DNA of 55,884 bases from Tubiluchus corallicola (taxonomy: Eukaryota > Animalia > Priapulida), in assembly GCA_030141605.1 (NCBI GenBank), contig JAQGDQ010001199.1, positions 1 through 55,884 of the forward strand, given 5' to 3'. The position numbers and the translations under genes are program-made. This document shows positions 1 through 19,675 of this stretch, one piece after another (position 1 is the stretch's first letter; every line of letters starts with the position of its first letter). The notes beneath the pieces are model-generated. The model made no database searches and had not been told where the DNA came from. It saw only the letters and a program-made list of their open reading frames with translations.

Positions 1-300
<300 letters not shown>

Positions 301-698
301 AGAGGGAGAAAAGAAAAGGGACTGGCAGTGAAGGAAGAAGGAGAACAATAACATGAAAAATCTAAAGACATTTTGTAGCTCTTATTTTAGCAATGACTTC
401 ATGTTAGTTGTGCTTGGGTTACGTATTACGTAGCGAAATAAACGACAAAATTTTAATCAGCACAAACAAAGTTGCTGTGTGTAACGCGAATTCTTCATAA
501 TCACTCAGCGTGTGTCTTATTCTTCAAACACTGACAAACGTACACGCATGACTTAGCTATTTCTAATGCTGTGAAGAAAGACTTTATTGCAATTACTCAC
601 CTTGAAATTATCTATTCACGTCTGACGTCCAAACTTTTGTTTACTTTTCATTTAAAAAAATTAGCGAAAAAATCAGCTGCAAAATAAATGTTTTAGAA

Positions 699-1178
699 CA
701 GGGGTGTGCAAATTGCGGCCCGCCGAGAGAGTTTGTGCGGCCCGCGAAGAGGTTTGTCAACCAAATGAAAATGCGGCCATGGCGATTAATTGAGTGTATC
801 CAGCTGAAGTCCGTGCCACGTCCCAAAGATAGTGCGGGTAGTTTTTTCTACTAGATCGGATGCCATTAACCCTTACAAGATGGTTGTAGCTTAATGTCAC
901 TGTACTACACAGACTGTGTGATACACATTACTAATATGCATTGTAATGAAATTACCACTATCTGTCCTGAAAGTAGAAATATATGGTTTGTGTATAAATT
1001 TTAATAACTTCTAAAATAGTTTCTTAAGTGTAGTAGTAATGATGTATGCAGGTCGGATGCAAAAAAATCATTATTAGGCCTTTCTGTACTTGGCTCCTTG
1101 ATCAAACTGCCTGTGGCCCACAGGAATTGCGGGAAAGTTTCATGTGGCCCGGCTAGTCAGATAATTTGCACACCCCTG
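699..1178. mobile_element. hAT-type MITE, family M1, 480 bp (mirror 35899-36378)
   Basis: 16-bp TIR CAGGGGTGTGCAAATT; perfect 8-bp TSD TTTTAGAA (691-698 and 1179-1186). Confidence 0.92.
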
Positions 1179-2064
1179 TTTTAGAATAAAATGATAAAAT
1201 AATAGTTTATTATGTACGAGAGCCAATTGTTATATTAGGAGGTCCAAAAACTGTTCTGTTGATGTTAGGAGAAGACTTCTTGCAGCATTTTGTATGTAGT
1301 TCTATTGCAATAATCTTTGGTTTAATAACGATAAAAGAAACATTCAAAGAATGCGTAATACCTATAATAACGCCACTAGAGGACTCTTTAATATTCCTTG
1401 TCGCTGTAGTGCAAGTCAAACGTATGTTAGCTACAATGTACCAAGTTTTTCATGCATAAGTAGGAAAGCCTAAACACAGAAGTTGGCTGTTTTTGAGTCA
1501 GAATACTGTTATTAATAACTTGCTGTACAATATTAGTACAATTTTCAAATAAAATACGCCAAAATTTTCCTGTTTACGTACGAAAGCTGCGTTTAGTTTC
1601 AGGAGTAGGCTGTTTTTGGAGCAGAATACTGTCATCAATAACTTGCTGTACAATACTGATACAGTTTCTTGATCGAACATTTTTAAGTCGTAGTTAAGAA
1701 CCTTATATAAACTAACTGTGTGCTTTTTACTTGTGCCTTATTTCTGTTGTTCTATGAACTGTAAGTGTCTGAAATAAAATAAATATTTATAAATAAATAA
1801 AATAAACAAATTTGAAATCTCTAGTGAGAATTTGAATTTGCGTAAGGAAAGAAAACTCCTGACAGTCATTTAGGACAAACAAATAAACTATTGAATGAGC
1901 ATTACCGGTAAATTCAAGAAGCCAATAAGGAGTGGGAACTGTACGAGACTGTTACATTACGCTCGCAGGGGGTAACGGAGCATTTAAACCCTGCATATTG
2001 CGTTAATACTTCGATCTGCAACTGCATTCCTACCCGTATTACATTTTCGTATATTCTATGGCTG

Positions 2065-2072
2065 TATAAAAG
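2065..2072 (+). promoter_or_regulatory. TATA box of GY-A left copy (mirror ~35005-35012 on minus)
   Basis: TATAAAAG upstream of a short non-coding exon that ends cag|gtacgt at 2151. Confidence 0.7.
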
Positions 2073-2256
2073 CCAGAAATGACCATCAAACCATTACGCC
2101 AGCTAGAAGAAATTTGGGAAAATAGTTTTGGGGTGTTGTAATCTGGTGCAGGTACGTCCTGTTGTACATAGTGGTATTTTTTACGATTTGTGTGATTTAT
2201 TGCTGTTACATTTGTAATAAATTTCTCGTGTTTGTTGCAGGGTTTACTAGTTCAAC

Positions 2257-3928
2257 ATGAAGACGTTGCTTAAGCTGGTTGTCATTTGCTTAACTGCTGT
2301 AAGTACTGCATTAAAATCATTAGTATCAGTGACTTCTAATGTTTCTAGATTAAAACAGCAGGTGGCGACACCCAACAGCGACATAAATTGATCAAAAACA
2401 TCAGTATTTTAACCTCTAACCAATTTAACTTCTTGCATAAATTTACGTTATAGAAGTAATCACTGATTATTTCGTTTTAGACGCAACTATGGTCCATGCC
2501 ACTTTTAGCTAGACGCGGTCCCGGCTTGCCGCCTGGATTTGGTGGTTATGGTGCAGGAGGATATGGTTACGGAGCTGGCCACCCAGCTGGTTATGGTGCA
2601 GGAGGATATGGTTACGGAGCTGGTCACCCAGCTGGTTATGGTGCAGGAGGATACGGTTATGGAGCTGGTCACCCAGCTGGTTATGGAGCTGGCTATCCTG
2701 GAACTGGATATGGAGGACCTGGTGCTGGTTATGGACTTGGTGCCCGTGGTTACGGTGGTGGACTTGCTGGTGCTGGTTACGGTGGTGGACTTGCTGGTGC
2801 TGGTTACGGTGGTGGACTTGCTGGTGCTGGTTACGGTGGTGGACTTGCTGGTGCTGGTTACGGTGGTGGACTTGCTGGTGCTGGTTATGGTGGTGGGCTG
2901 CCGGTGCTGGTTATGGACTTGGTGCCCGTGGTTACGGTGGTGGACTTGCTGGTGCTGGTTACGGTGGTGGACTTGCTGCCGGTGCTGGTTATGGACTTGG
3001 GGCCCGTGGTCACGGTGTACTTGGATATGGTGGTGGTTATGGCCATGGATATGGACTTGGAGCCCAAGGCTATGGTGCTGCTGGCTACGGAGCTGCTCAG
3101 AGGCAAGCTTACGGTGCTGGAGGGTACGGACATGGTGCTGGTGGTTATGGAGCTGCTCACGGACTCGGCTACGGTGCCACTGGAGGCTACAGTGGAGCAG
3201 CAAGACATGGTTACGGTTCTGCTGCAGGCTATGGCGGAGCAGCAGGGGGACTTGGCTACAGTTCTGCGGGAGGTCACGGAGCAGCAGGATACGGCCACGG
3301 CTCAGCAGGTGGCTATGGTACTGCAGCAGGACACGGCTATGGTGCAGCAGGTTACGGTGCGGCGGCAGCCGGACATGCTACCGGTGCCTCGGGAAGTTAT
3401 GGTGCTGCATCTGGACACAACTTTGGAGCACAGGCAGCTAAATATGGCCTTCAGAAAGAAATAACCCATACGGTTCGCATCTCGGCAGCAGGAGCTCAAC
3501 ATTCTGGAAGGGATGCAGGTTATTCCCATGGTGGTGCCGGATACTCTGGACACGATGCTGGTTATGCCCAAGAAGGTGCCGGATATTCTGGAGGTGAAAC
3601 CGGATATTCCCGAGAGGGTGGTGCATACACTGGAGGTGCTGCTGGATACTCCCAGGAGGGCAGTGGATATTCTAGAGGTGCTGCTGGTTATTCTCGCGAG
3701 GGTTCCGGATACACCGAAGGAGCAAGCGGATATTCCGGAGGTGGCGCTGGTTACTCGGAAGGACAAACTGGATACGGTGCGGAAAGTGCTGGATATTTGG
3801 GAGGATCGGGAGGTTATTCTCATGGAGATCAGGGTTATTCACATGGAGGTGGAGAAGGCTATGGATATGGTTCTGCTGAAGCTGGCTATGGAGGTGGAGA
3901 TGGCCATGGATATGGTTACACTAAATAA
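2257..3928 (+). pseudogene. GY-A left copy: secreted Gly/Tyr/Ala-rich protein gene with a 4-bp frameshifting deletion at ~2898
   Basis: 5'UTR intron 2152-2240. Coding exon 2257-2298 (MKTLLKLVVICLTA|gtaagt), intron 2299-2480 (ttttag), then exon from 2481 (TQLWSMPLLARRGPG...). Reads gggctgccggt versus gggcttgctgccggt in the right copy, so the shifted frame stops at 3464; the ancestral TAA is at 3926-3928. AATAAA at 4024. Confidence 0.8.
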
Positions 3929-4069
3929 AGAAATGTATTTAACACTGACATTACTGTTCTAATATGTGCTGAAAATTAACTTTGTACAATATTATTTTTA
4001 ATGTTAAATTGTTGTGAAAAAATAATAAATTATTTCTTTATGGTGCTAATAAATATTACTTGTCGTTTT

Positions 4070-4470
4070 GATTTGATCGTGGTGCGTTAGTTCAAATTAT
4101 ACTCTTAACAATATTAAGATGTCACAGCGAATTTTAAACTGTTCTTGGTACAAAGAATTTCAAACTGCATCAGTTTGTGGTGTGCTAGATCATGTTATTG
4201 TTACAGAACCTGCAACAGCTTGTGGTGTGTTAGTTCAAATTTTGCCCTGTTACGAAAAATTTCAACTGTAATAGTTTGTGGTGTGTTAGTTCAAATTTTG
4301 CCCTGTTGTTGTTTCGAACAATACCAATTGTGACAGCTTGTGGTGTGCTAGTTCAAATGTTACCCCTTGTTCTTGTTACGAACAATTTCAACCGTAATAG
4401 CTTGTGGTGTGCTAGTTCAAAGTTTGCCCTGTTCTTGATACAAACAATTTTAAACTGTAATTTGTTACGT
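4070..4470. repeat. Degenerate tandem repeat (core TTGTGGTGTG(C/T)TAGTTCAAA) just 3' of GY-A
   Basis: About 6 spaced copies of the core motif. Confidence 0.7.
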
Positions 4471-4869
4471 GGATAGCAGAAATTTTGACCTAATTTATGA
4501 TCAGATTTGTTAATGTTTAATGCTTCTTTGTGTGAAGCAGAGGTTTCTAGCAATCTCTCTAAATTATCTCCAAAACTTTGCAACTCGCATTAACTATCCA
4601 AATTACATGCTTAGACTTCGTAGATTTAGTCGTTTACTTAAAGAGAAGATCAACAAGTCAGCTGCACAGCATTTAAATATACTAGCGTATAAGTCACAAA
4701 CTGATCCTAAGGCGTTTTGGCAATTTATCATGATCAAAGCCTATGATCAAAGTGAAATTGATCGATTTTTAACCTCAATTTTTCGCAAACTTGGCCTTCG
4801 AACAGCTTGGTTTCCGCGGTCACATACATCTCGCATCAGTGAAGGAGCTTCCTACGTACCGTTTGCACT

Positions 4870-5490
4870 GAATGTGTAGCAATAATCCATAAAAATATGG
4901 GTAAAAGTACAGGTGAATGTGTAGCAATAATCCATAAAAATATGGGTGAAAGTACAGGTGAATGTGTGGCAATAATCCATAAAAATATGGGTGAAAGTAC
5001 AGGTGAATGTGTAGCAATAATCCATAAAAATATGGGTGAAAGTACAGGTGAATGTGTAGCAATAATCCATAAAAATATGGGTGAAAGTACAGATGAATGT
5101 GTAGCAATAATCCATAAGAATATGGGTAAAAGTACAGGTGAATGTGTAGCAATAATCCATAAAAATATGGGTGAAAGTACAGGTGAATGTGTAGCAATAA
5201 TCCATAAAAATATGGGTGAAAGTACAGATGAATGTGTAGCAATAATCCATAAAAATATGGGTGAAAGTACAGATGAATGTGTAGCAATAATCCATAAGAA
5301 TATGGGTAAAAGTACAGGTGAATGTGTAGCAATAATCCATAAGAATATGGGTAAAAGTACAGGTGAATGTGTAGCAATAATCCATAAAAAGATGGGTAAA
5401 AGTACAGGTGAATGTCAAGCAATAATCCATAAAAATATGGGTGAAAGTACAGGTGAATGTGAAGCAATAATCCATAAAATATGGGTAAAA
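4870..5490. repeat. 45-bp minisatellite, ~13-14 copies (mirror ~31583-32203)
   Basis: Unit gtagcaataatccataaaaatatgggtgaaagtacaggtgaatgt; 15-aa periodicity in the shadow ORFs. Confidence 0.97.
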
Positions 5491-6884
5491 ATATCGGAAA
5501 TTTTCCGGGTAATTTTTTCCTCAACTTCAGCTATAAGGGACGATTTTTCCCGGTGTGGAGGTGTCCCTTATATCCGAGGTTGACCGTATGTCTACTACTG
5601 GATGGATGAGAGGCAGTGATCCGTTTGAGGATTTAGTTCCTTGCTGTCGTCCATGGCTCATAGTCGTAGGCACAACCTTCGTTTTGATTATAGCTATAAA
5701 ATTTTGTTTACTTTTACTCGTGTATAAAATGTATGTATGTGCTTCTTGTGCAAATAATAATAATAATAATAATAACAGTTTCTGGTGTGCTAGTTTAAAT
5801 TTACCGTCTTTTACCGCTTTAGAACGTCAGTTAAACGATATCTGTTTGCTTCTTATATAAACTAGTCTTGATCCTACTGTTCTTGTGGGACACAACAGTC
5901 ACAACTTTGTGTTCTTTTTGAGTAGAATCCAGAGTGCTTCGTCATCACATGAGCCGAATCTCCACAAGCGAACTCTTCTTGCCATTTTGAACATTCTTTT
6001 ATCCATCACTATCATCCATCCTTACTTTGCACAACTCTTTTTTTTAAATTGCCCAGAAATCTTCGGTTTTTTTGTTCTTTTTTCTCTCAGTATTTGGACG
6101 TGTTTATAATGGTGCAAGCACCTAACAAGTTCTACTTCTCGTTCTTGCCATTTATTATATGCACGCTGTCATATAATCATTATTATTAATATCTATTTTT
6201 TCCCAGTGTTTCTTGATATCGTATTTGTATTTACACTTCCAAATAAATTTATTATTATTATTATTATTAATTAATTTTAAACTGTAGCAGTCAGTGTGCT
6301 AGCTTAGAAGATACGAAAACAAGAGCAAAAAAAAAACGTGAAACACCAAAATAGCTTTATCAACACTGTTTTTGACATTTTAAACGATGTGCAATACGAT
6401 TAACATCTTACTTTACAATTATGTACAGCGAATGGAGAGGCACACCCCCCAAACAAACATGCCTTAATGCAGAACTTATTAGACATGACAAAGGCCTACA
6501 ATTAATCAACATTCTCGAGTGACATGCCTAAATTTAAACTACTAACATTGTAACAATTGTTACCGAAAAGACAATAGCTCGTATACAATTGCTTCATCAA
6601 CACTATTAAAATGATAAAGGAATGATTACAACAAGTGCAGACTGGTTAGATACTTTGGCGGAGAGAAAAATATTATCCATAGAAACAGGGCATGACCTCA
6701 TGGGACACCCTGTACTGAAACAGATTACTACAGTATATAACGCAGCATTTGATATAAAAACTGAAATTCAGCCATGAGAAAATGATGAAAAACTAATACA
6801 AAAATGATAGGAATTAATAAAAAGGTAAAAAATTCAACCGATTTTTACATAAAATCTCACAATATTATTTACAATTTTTTTATT

Positions 6885-8112
6885 GTAAACGATGACATTT
6901 CGATAATACGAATGTTCTCCTCTTTAGATCACCACTGGCGTTTTGAGAACATGATCTCTTCTCCTCTTCAGATCACTATTGGCATTTCGAGAACACGATT
7001 GTTCTCCTCTTCAGGTCACCATAGGTAAAAAGTCACAGCGATCCTAAAAAGGAGAATAAGCGTGTTCTCGAAACGCCAATGGTGACATGAAGAAGAGAAC
7101 AAGCGTGTTCTCAAGACATCAAAGGCGACTTGAAGCGTAAAACAAGCGTGTTCTCGAAACATCAATGGTGATCTAAAGAAAAGAATAAGCGTGTTCTCGA
7201 AATGCCAATGGTGATCTAAAGAAAAGAATATGCGTGTTCACGAAACGCCAATGGTGATCTAAAGAAAAGAACAAGCGTGTTCTCGAAACACTAATGGTGA
7301 TCTAAAGAAAAGAACAAGCGTGTTCTCGAAACGCCAATGGTGATCTAAAGAAAAGAACAAGCGTGTTCTCGAAACGCCAATGGTGATCTAAAGAAAAGAA
7401 CAAGCGTGTTCTCGAAACGCCAATGGTGATCTAAAGAAAAGAATAAGCGTGTTATCGAAATGCTAATGGTGATATGAAGAAGAGAACAAATGTCTTCTCG
7501 AAACATTAAAGGTGATTTGAAGAGTAAAACAAGCGTGTTCTCGAAACGCCAAAGGTGATCTAAAGAAAAGAACAAGCGTGTTCTCGAAACATCAATGGTG
7601 ATCTAAAGAAAAGAACAAGCATGTTCTCGAAATGCCAATGGTGATCTAAAGAAAAGAATAAGCGTGTTCTCAAAACTCTAATGGTGATCTAAAGAAGAGA
7701 ACAAGAGTGTTCTCGAAACACCAATGGTGATCTAAAGAAGAGAACAAGCGTGTTCTCGAAACATTAAAGGTGATTTGAAGAGTAAAACAAGTGTGTTCTC
7801 GAAACGCCAAAGGTGATCTAAAGAAGAGAACAAGCGTGTTCTCGAAACATTAAAGGTGATTTGAAGAGTAAAACAAGTGTGTTCTCGAAACGCCAATGGT
7901 GATCTAAAGAAGAGAACAAGCGTGTTATCGAAACATTAAAGGTGATTTGAAGAGTAAAACAAGTGTGTTCTCGAAACTCCAATGGTGACCTGAAGAAGAG
8001 AACAAGCGTGTTCTCGAAACACCAGTGGTGATCTAAAGAGAAGTACAAACGTGTTCTCGGAACGCCAGTGGCGGTCTGAAGAGAACAAGCATTTCTTGAA
8101 ACGTCATCATTT
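6885..8112. repeat. 43-bp minisatellite with an orientation switch at ~7025 (~3 inverted units then ~25 direct units); foldback-like (mirror ~28961-30188)
   Basis: Unit aagcgtgttctcgaaacgccaatggtgatctaaagaaaagaac; 6900-7023 is the reverse complement of the unit. Confidence 0.9.
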
Positions 8113-8246
8113 CCATTAAAAATCTTTTCATTAATTTAAATAAAAAAGACAGAGTTATGTAGCCCCAACTGCGCCTTTTAAGACACATTTTTATCGATGT
8201 GGTAATGTGGGTTGCGCATTAACAGACTAGCTCAAAAGTCTTCAGG

Positions 8247-8644
8247 AGGGGTGAGCAATCAGAAAATGAATCTAACCAAATTTTTGACTTTGGAATTTGA
8301 ATCAAAAGGAATTTCAAGATTTCAAATCCGAATTCAATTCTAAAGATCTCCAAAAAAATTTTAACCATAAATAAAAAGCAGCTTCGCGAAGATCGTGCAT
8401 ATTGCTTGATTTTGTCCTTACGTAAAAACACTAATAATTTTGCTTAAAAATTGTGCAGATGTTGCGAGCTGATTGAATGACGTTTCGAATGTCTTTTTGA
8501 TAAAGAACACGTGTACAGCTGAAGTGGTGACTTATTCGAATCCACGATTTTAGGTTCGAATTGAATGCAAATTAAAAAAACTAGTTCGAATCGAATTCCA
8601 ACACTCGAATTCGATTCAGACTCGAATGTTTGATGCTCACCCCA
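8247..8644. mobile_element. Old MITE-like element rich in TTCGAA motifs; related copy at ~42599-42970
   Basis: Termini GGGGTGAGCA / TGCTCACCCC; internal similarity to 42600-42970; no TSD recognised. Confidence 0.55.
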
Positions 8645-8931
8645 GTAGGCACTCGTTACAGAACTTATATTTGTCAGAAATAAATGCAATTCTCTAGGCA
8701 GAAATAAGCAAAAGACGAAGTTTACGTTAGTCGTGAAGCAAATGACTAAGCTTATACGAGACACGAGTGACTAGTGACTACAAAGCTTCATACAAATTAG
8801 CGACAAAGCAAAAGCAAAGCCATCTTGTCCAGCGTAGTATCTGGTCGCTGCAGTTAAGCTCACAAAAACTAAGTGCACGGTGCAATGTTACACTAATTTG
8901 ATTTTGCAATAGAGTTACTGTGATAGCATAG

Positions 8932-9555
8932 CAGTGGCATAGCAAGTGTTTGCGGTGCCCGGGGGCAAAAAATGTCTGGCGCCCTACACTTTTAATGTTT
9001 CTATCATTTGTCTTGTGGGTGAAGCCATAAATTGTGCGCGTTGTTTGCATTCCTGAGTCCGACTTTCGTTTTTCGACAAAATGGGATAAAGAAAAAACGA
9101 ATTTTTTCTAAGAATCACCCTGAGTTTGATTTGCGGTACTGCAGCAGAATAACTCTTTTGTTCATAACACCATATTCCTTAAACATTCAGCTCCAGCATT
9201 AAAACATACAAATATTATGAAAGATACAGAACTTTACAGGTTTTCGCAATAATACAGTCGGCATTTAGAGAAACGCCACTGTTTCTGCCAAAATTATTGT
9301 TCTGCTAAACCACACACGCCTTTAAGTAACAACATTAGCCTTTTTTCCTAGTAATTACTGTAGTAATTAAGTCAGCTACGATGATCTCCAACTAGGTAAT
9401 TTTGTTGTGGTTTGAAAACCTGTTTTAATTGTTTCGTTAATGTCGGGGATTAGTAATTAATAATTAACAGTCACTGAGCTCCAGACGAATTTTGTGCCCT
9501 CTTACCCTTGCCTGGAGGCGATTGCCCCCTATTGCCCCAGCTTGCCACGCCTCTG
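8932..9555. mobile_element. hAT-type MITE, family M2 (mirror ~27526-28138 lacks 11 bp of one terminus)
   Basis: TIRs CAGTGGCATAGCAAG / CAGAGGCGTGGCAAG (12/15); perfect 8-bp TSD TAGCATAG (8924-8931 and 9556-9563). Confidence 0.85.
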
Positions 9556-10803
9556 TAGCATAGTCATATTTAGCAATCACAATAGACAGCCATGTGCAGA
9601 CAGGAATTTGGGATAGATAATACACTAACACAACTAATTCTTATCTTAATTTTACAATATCTGTTTACAAATGCATCTTAGTTCATGCATATATGACTAC
9701 AGCGCTGCTGACAATCTCAGACATTAAGATCCGACAGCATGAAAAGCGTCGTCAATCATTACAATTGTAGATCTTACAAACCACTCCACTGCCTGTATGA
9801 CGAGAATCTCCCGTCACGAAAATGCTATTCTGACTGGCATTTAAAATGGGAGCTTTGGGAATTGATTTTTCGGGAAACGTTTTCCCACTCCGACGGCATC
9901 CTTGAGCATCGTGTTTATGCTTAAATCATGCAACTATGACACTGTATTACAATCGAAGAGCTCAAAATGCAAAATACTTGTAGGCCAGACGTATTAATGT
10001 CAAAATATGTAATCAGAAGTAGTGATAGCTTACCAGTATTGCTTGGTGACTATCTCACCTAGATCAAGCAGTTACATTTACGAATGCTTTTACGGTTAGC
10101 ATTAGACTGTCGGCAAGAATTAATAAATAACACCCCCTCCCCCTCAAACGACAGCCAACAATCAATGTTACATCAGCTAAAAATAAATAATCAATAATCT
10201 CCGACATAATTTATGCAAATCTTTCTGAACCGCATGCCAAAGTGCGAGTCTAGAAAGACGTTAACAACACGAACGCGTCGCAAGCGAAACTCTTGCAACT
10301 TTACCGAACTTTAAGCACGTATTTGACTACCATCGGTCAAACTACTGGCCAAACAATGACCAGCAATTGCTTACGGTGACTTCAACATCCGATTTACAAT
10401 TATTAATATGGATGTACATCGACTGGCGACACCTAGCTACTAGGAAATGTTACTCTGTCTACGTCCCTACCTTGTGAATGTTACTAAAATGTCACATGCA
10501 ATGGATTTACGATAAAACGATTCTTCAATAATCAACAAACTTGACAGGGGAACAAGCACAGCTTGAACAATAAAACATACACCAGGCCATCAGGGCGTTG
10601 TCATGGTAACCTCGTAAACAAATGGCAAACGATCCTGACAGAATTCCTGAGTGTTTCGGCTCACGATGCAGCCGATAAATGGCCGCACTGGCCGCACAGC
10701 AGCGGATTATGCTCGTCCGATCGGCAGATTAATTTACATCATTTGCAAATGCTGTGTTGCATTAGGAAACAAAGCGTGTTAACGGATAAATGGATTAATC
10801 GCA

Positions 10804-18006
<7,203 letters not shown>

Positions 18007-19160
18007 CTGAAAGCAATAACAGAAATCTTTATTACAATAATGTCTACAATGAAATGAAAATTTTTTTGATAATTCCTGAAATGTTTTTTATCTCGTCGTA
18101 ACATCTGTAACATACAGTGTGTTTCTTTTCTATAAGGTAATTCCTTTTATGTTGACTGTGCATTACTAACACATGATAAAAGGACATCTGTATATGACTG
18201 TAAATAGTACAATTACACACTGGAGTTGTTTTTTAACTCGCCCCTAGATGGCAGTCAAAAAATTGCTCAGTCACCATAGCAACGCCAACTTTAGCAATGC
18301 CCATTCCGGCAGTGTGATGTTAGAAGCTACAGCAGGACAATGAACATAGCGGCTGCCTGTCACAAACACCATGGCAACCGATTGTTCAGCATAAACAATG
18401 GGAAAAAATGCAAACAATCCCCGTTCATAAGCCTAGCAAAAAATGTCTTATGATGACGATGAACCATCTGAACGTAATAGACTATAACTTTTTAGATTTT
18501 TTGCTGTGCTAACACTTCGAGTCTATTATTTATGCAGTTTTGCAGTCTTTGGTCAGTATTATGACAACCGTACACTGAGCTTAAACCGAAATCTAATTCC
18601 CTAATGCACAAAGATAGCTGAAATTTACTAGTACAGTAGGTGCCATTTAATAGACTCAACTTTATAATGGAAGTGTTTTGATCAAATTAACCGACTGAAT
18701 CTATTATCGGACAGATGTAGTGTTACAGTAAGTACTCGCTTAACGACTCCCCGCTTAACGAGGCTTCGTTTTAACGATGCTGAACATTTGACACCTTTTC
18801 TTCACTTAACGACGCGCGTTTCATTTTAACGACAATTTTTTACTCTGCTCACAGTCATTTTTGTTTTATCAACAATTTTTTTTTACCTAATTCGAAGCAT
18901 TAAAATGGTACAAATTGCATTATTTTGTTCTAAAAACGCATGAATGACCTAAATAGTTCAACTATTATAAAGCTTTTACTTCCCGACTGACTAAATTCGT
19001 ACTAAATTCTAGCAGATCTAGGCCTTTGTGTTTGCCAGTTTATATGCATCCACCCACACACCCTACTTTAAACTTTATGCCAGGGAATTATCTCTGCAAC
19101 CTAGCTGTTGTTATAACAACCAGGTTAGTATAGGTTTTACATGTCAAATGTAGACCTGCG

Positions 19161-19675
19161 TTAACTCGAATGTAGATTTAGGTAATTCAAATGTGTTTTG
19201 GTAACTCAAATGTAGACTTAGGTAGTTCAAATGTGTCTTGGTAATTCAAATGTAGATTTAGGCAGTTCAAATGTGTCTTGGTAATTCAAATGTAGATTTA
19301 GGCAGTTCAAATGTGTCTTGGTAACTCAAATGTAGACTTAGGTAATTCAAATGTGTCTTGGTAATTCAAATGTAGATTTAGGCAGTTCAAATGTGTCTTG
19401 GTAACTCAAATGTAGATTTAGGTAGTTCAAATGTGTCTTGGTAATTCAAATGTAGATTTAGGCAGTTCAAATGTGTCTTGGTAATTCAAATGTAGATTTA
19501 GGTAATTCAAATGTGTCTTGGTAACTCAAATGTAGACTTAGGTAGTTCAAATGTGTCTTGGTAATTCAAATGTAGATTTAGGTAATTCAGATGTGTCTTG
19601 GTAACTCAAATGTAGACTTAGGTAGTTCAAATGTGTCTTGGTAATTCAAATGTAGATTTAGGTAGTTCAAATGTG
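19161..19675. repeat. 40-bp minisatellite (~13 copies) abutting the fold-back junction
   Basis: Unit tgtagatttaggtagttcaaatgtgtcttggtaattcaaa. Confidence 0.95.

Noticed and set aside
2505-3962. Alternative-frame and antisense ORFs over the GY genes (Thr/Ser-, His/Gln- and Val/Met-rich)
   Set aside because: Expected shadows of GGN/TAY-rich repeats; only the GY frame links to a signal exon, TATA box and polyA signal
4820-5583. Three overlapping 200+ aa ORFs (e.g. MGESTGECVAIIHKN repeats)
   Set aside because: By-product of a stop-free 45-bp minisatellite; no gene structure found
6885-8112. CRISPR-like appearance of the 43-, 45-, 40-, 30- and 85-bp arrays
   Set aside because: Head-to-tail repeats with no unique spacers, no cas genes, eukaryotic context
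18724-18840. TA-CAGTAAGTACTCGCTTAACGA, a Tigger/pogo-like terminus in the spacer
   Set aside because: No partner TIR found, so an element cannot be delimited
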